Source: an uncultured Sphingobacteriales bacterium (GTDB lineage Bacteria; Bacteroidota; Bacteroidia; CAILMK01; CAYYUA01). Taken from it: a stretch of 64,000 nucleotides of DNA. The notes below the pieces were generated by a model, which was given only the letters and a program-made list of their open reading frames with translations, did no database searches and had not been told where the DNA came from. The stretch spans positions 71,338-135,337 of the forward strand of contig CAZLQF010000004.1 in NCBI GenBank assembly GCA_964561545.1. The letters are read 5' to 3'. Positions 60,563 to 64,000 of this stretch are shown here, piece by piece (the stretch's first letter is position 1; the number at the start of each line of letters is the position of its first letter). A program made the position numbers and the translations under genes.

Positions 60563-63500
60563 GGCAATTCTTGTATTTTTTTCCACTTCCACATGGGCAT
60601 GATTCATTCCTGCCTACTTTTTCGCCAGCTTTAACAGGCTCTTGCTTTGATTGATCTCCCTGATTTGCTGTTTTATTATACCCGGGGCTTGGAATGTCAG
60701 AACTTCTGGATGTTTGTAGCTTATCCAGCTCCGAATTGGGTTCTTCTTTGGCCTCTGCAACCTGGTCTGGCTGGTTGGTTTGTATATCCCCCTTAGAAAG
60801 AACGGACCAAACATCCTTATTGATTTTGACAAGCATGTCCTGGAAAAGCTTGAAGGATTCAAACTTATACACAAGCAAAGGATCTTTTTGCTCGTATACA
60901 GCATTTTGCACGGACTGTTTCAGTTCGTCCATTTCACGAAGATGCTCTTTCCAAGCATCGTCAATAGTAGCCAAAGTGGTCATTTTCTCAAAATCAAGGA
61001 GCATTTCCTTGCCCTCTGATTCATAAGCTTTTTTAAGATCAGTTACCACCTGGTAATCGTGGCTCCCATCTGTAAATGGTACAACAATTCTTTCGTATTG
61101 ATTGCCTTTATTTTCATGCACGTCTTTAATAACCGGAAAAGCCTTTTTACGTATTACTTCGGCTTTTTTACGATAGGTGTCATTTAGATGTTCAAATAGT
61201 TGGTTGGAGAGGTCTTCTGCTTTTTCCTGCAGGAATTGTTCTTCATTAAAGGGAAGATTGGCTGCAAATAAGCGCAAAATTTCCATTTGAAGTCCTTCAT
61301 AATCAGCGTTTGGTTGATAAGTGTTCACCAATTCCTCGCTAAGATCAACGAGCATGTTGTTTAGGTCAACAGCCAACCGCTTCCCAAAAAGGGCATTTCT
61401 TCGTTTTTTGTAAATCACTTCCCGCTGAGAATTCATCACATCATCATATTCGAGGAGCTTTTTACGAATACCAAAGTTGTTTTCTTCTACCTTTTTTTGA
61501 GCTCGCTCGATTGATTTGGATACCATTGAGTGTTGAATGACTTCCCCTTCTTCAATGCCAAGCCGGTCCATGGTTTTGGAAATTTTCTCAGAACCAAAGA
61601 TGCGCATCAAATCATCTTCCAGGGAGACATAGAACTGCGATGATCCTGGATCGCCTTGCCGGCCCGCACGCCCTCTTAGCTGCCGATCCACTCTTCTGGC
61701 CTCGTGCCTTTCAGTTCCTATAATGGCCAAACCTCCGGCTTCTGGTACGCCTTCACCCAGCTTTATATCAGTACCACGCCCGGCCATATTGGTAGCAATG
61801 GTTACTGCGCCAGGTTGCCCTGCTTCAGCAATGATTTCTGCTTCTTGTTGGTGATACTTGGCATTGAGTACATTGTGCTTGATCTTTTGCAGCTTCAACA
61901 TGCGGCTCAATACCTCAGAAACGTCAACAGAAGTAGTTCCAACCAAAACTGGCCTGCCTTGCTCAACAAGGTTTTGCACCTCCTCAATTACTTTGTTGTA
62001 TTTTTCACGCTTGGTCTTAAAAACTTTATCGTCTTTATCATCACGTATAACTTTTTCATGCGTAGGGATAACCACGACATCTAAGTTGTAGATATCTAAA
62101 AACTCCCCAGCTTCAGTCTCTGCTGTACCGGTCATGCCAGCCAACTTATGGTACATTCTGAAATAATTCTGTAGGGTAATACTGGCGTAGGTTTGGGTAG
62201 AGGACTCTACTTGAACATTCTCTTTGGCCTCAATGGCTTGATGCAAGCCATCTGAATACCTTCTTCCTTCTAAAACCCGGCCGGTTTGCTCGTCCACAAT
62301 CTTTACTTTGTTATCGGCTATGATGTAATCCACATCTACTTCAAACATGGTATAGGCCTTAAGAAGTTGATTGATGGTGTGGATCCGCTCCGATTTAACG
62401 GCAAAATCACGCATCAATTCATCTTTCTTCTTAAGCTTTTCATCCTCGGACAAATCTTCTTTTTCTATATCGGCCATTTCACCTCCTACATCGGGCATGA
62501 TGAAGAAGTCGTTTTCCTCCGTTTCAGAGGTGATCAATTCAATACCTTTTTCGGATAGCTCTACATTGTTGTTTTTCTCATCTATTACAAAGTACAATTC
62601 CTGATCAATGTAGGGCATGTCTTTAGCTTGATCCTGGAGGTAGAAATTTTCAACTTTTTGCAGGAATGCTCTGACGCCAGGTTCACTAAGGAATTTTATG
62701 AGGTTCCGGTTTTTGGGCAGCCCACGATAAGCCCTCAGCAGTTCTTTAGCTGGCTCACTATTTTCTTTGACCTCGGTATCTTCTTTTAAAGCTTCTTTGG
62801 CCTTACGTATTGCCTGGCTCACGTAATCATTCTGGGCCTTCATTAATTTTTCAACCTTGGGCTTAAGTTCATAGAATTTCTCGGATTCTTGGCCCGAAGT
62901 TTCCGTAGGTCCAGAAATAACAAGGGGTGTTCTTGCATCATCGATCAATACCGAATCGATCTCATCTACCATCGTAAAATGAAGCTTGCCTTGTACGATG
63001 TCATCTGAACTTCTGGCCATGTTGTCCCTCAAATAATCGAAACCGAATTCGTTGTTCGTTCCGTAAACAATGTCTTGTTCATAAGCTTTTTTACGTTCTG
63101 GTGAGTTGGGTTGGTAGTATTCTATGCAATCTACGGTAATGCCAAGAAATTCATAGAGCGGGCCATTCCATTTAGCGTCTCTTTTGGCCAGAAAGTCATT
63201 AACAGTAATTATATGAACACCTGAACCCGATAAGGCATTGAGGTAAGCAGGTAATGTTGATACCAAGGTTTTGCCTTCTCCAGTGGCCATTTCAGAAATT
63301 CTGCCCTGATGAAGAACCATTCCACCGATGAGCTGAACATCAAAATGAACCATGTTCCAATTGATGTCAATGCCAGCGGCATCCCACCGGGTGTCGTAGT
63401 AAACTTTGTCGCCTTTTATGGTTAAATGATCTCTATTTGTAGCTAATTCCTGATCAAGTTCGGTGGCTGTGGCCTCTACTTTGTCTTGCTCTTTAAACCT

Positions 63501-63872
63501 GCGGGCCGTTTCTTTCATCACGGCAAAAGCCTCATGCAATAAATCATCGAGGATCTCTTCGAGCTTTTGGTCTCGGTCTTTTTGTAATTGATCTATGTCA
63601 TCGTAGATCTGTTCTTTTTCATCAGGATGCATGTTGGGGTTTTCATTAAGCTGCTCCCGGTATTCATTGATCTTATCGTCAATATCAGATAAATAATCAG
63701 CAATGCGGTCTTTAAATTCCCTTGTTTTATTTCTTAATTCATCATTGGAGAGTGACTGATATTCTTCAAAAAAATCATTGATTTCTTTAACTCTTGGCCA
63801 TAAAGCTTTTAAGTCTCTTTCCGATTTACTTCCAAATATCTTAGATAATGTCTTAGCTACAAATTCAAACAT
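60549..63872 (-). CDS. secA: Preprotein translocase ATPase SecA
   Basis: 1107 aa with DEAD-like motor domains (GMGEP-type Walker region MATGEGKTL; DEVDSVLIDDARTPLIIS) and a C-terminal zinc-binding tail CPCGSGKKYKNCHG. Confidence 0.95.
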   Translation of the reverse strand: MFEFVAKTLSKIFGSKSERDLKALWPRVKEINDFFEEYQSLSNDELRNKTREFKDRIADYLSDIDDKINEYREQLNENPNMHPDEKEQIYDDIDQLQKDRDQKLEEILDDLLHEAFAVMKETARRFKEQDKVEATATELDQELATNRDHLTIKGDKVYYDTRWDAAGIDINWNMVHFDVQLIGGMVLHQGRISEMATGEGKTLVSTLPAYLNALSGSGVHIITVNDFLAKRDAKWNGPLYEFLGITVDCIEYYQPNSPERKKAYEQDIVYGTNNEFGFDYLRDNMARSSDDIVQGKLHFTMVDEIDSVLIDDARTPLVISGPTETSGQESEKFYELKPKVEKLMKAQNDYVSQAIRKAKEALKEDTEVKENSEPAKELLRAYRGLPKNRNLIKFLSEPGVRAFLQKVENFYLQDQAKDMPYIDQELYFVIDEKNNNVELSEKGIELITSETEENDFFIMPDVGGEMADIEKEDLSEDEKLKKKDELMRDFAVKSERIHTINQLLKAYTMFEVDVDYIIADNKVKIVDEQTGRVLEGRRYSDGLHQAIEAKENVQVESSTQTYASITLQNYFRMYHKLAGMTGTAETEAGEFLDIYNLDVVVIPTHEKVIRDDKDDKVFKTKREKYNKVIEEVQNLVEQGRPVLVGTTSVDVSEVLSRMLKLQKIKHNVLNAKYHQQEAEIIAEAGQPGAVTIATNMAGRGTDIKLGEGVPEAGGLAIIGTERHEARRVDRQLRGRAGRQGDPGSSQFYVSLEDDLMRIFGSEKISKTMDRLGIEEGEVIQHSMVSKSIERAQKKVEENNFGIRKKLLEYDDVMNSQREVIYKKRRNALFGKRLAVDLNNMLVDLSEELVNTYQPNADYEGLQMEILRLFAANLPFNEEQFLQEKAEDLSNQLFEHLNDTYRKKAEVIRKKAFPVIKDVHENKGNQYERIVVPFTDGSHDYQVVTDLKKAYESEGKEMLLDFEKMTTLATIDDAWKEHLREMDELKQSVQNAVYEQKDPLLVYKFESFKLFQDMLVKINKDVWSVLSKGDIQTNQPDQVAEAKEEPNSELDKLQTSRSSDIPSPGYNKTANQGDQSKQEPVKAGEKVGRNESCPCGSGKKYKNCHGKN

Positions 63873-64000
63873 ATATTACGGGGTGATTATTTTAAAAATA
63901 TCTTAAATTTTTACATCTTTGTTGATATAAGGCTTTATTGCCAGCACAAAAATAAAACAAACAAATTAGACTTGAAGGTTTCTCTAACAATTAAAAATGA

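Noticed and set aside
1-64000. CRISPR arrays, rRNA, tmRNA and additional tRNAs
   Set aside because: No regularly spaced direct repeats were seen. No rRNA-like conserved segments were seen. The only T-loop-like GGTTCGA-CC context with a matching acceptor stem is the tRNA-Gln at 47271-47343.

Overview
This 64 kb window looks like an ordinary chromosomal core region of a Bacteroidota genome, with roughly 40% GC. Three secreted enzymes carry type IX secretion (T9SS) C-terminal sorting domains, and there is a PorV/PorQ-family outer-membrane protein. The one tRNA has a TAnnTTTG-type -7 box upstream. Coding density is high and nearly all genes are housekeeping. They include aconitase, an isocitrate dehydrogenase-family enzyme, rlmN, ctp, suhB, tex, accA, nusB, leucine dehydrogenase, fmt, the pth-rplY-prs-tRNA-Gln cluster, pheT, zapA-rny, deoC and secA. 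There is also an RND efflux pump with a TolC partner, and a single tRNA-Gln. I see no CRISPR array, rRNA, integrase, transposase, reverse transcriptase or recognisable phage genes. Nothing here is a clearly defined novel defence system. The most unusual content is listed below.
- A roughly 500 aa protein (30315-31820) whose motifs indicate a Cas4/RecB-like Fe-S nuclease fused to a DEDDy exonuclease, co-oriented with a small secreted protein.
- An XRE repressor and CPBP intramembrane protease pair, slightly AT-richer than neighbouring genes, beside a 680 bp gene-free AT-rich tract upstream of pheT.
- An outer-membrane beta-barrel protein whose C-terminus is a coiled coil plus a SPOR domain.
- An RND-TolC pair with no membrane-fusion adaptor gene.
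- A 57 aa DUF5522-type Cys-motif gene that falls below the ORF-track size cutoff.
- Several long structured non-coding gaps.
All protein calls rest on recognisable motifs in the translated ORFs. No database searches were run.
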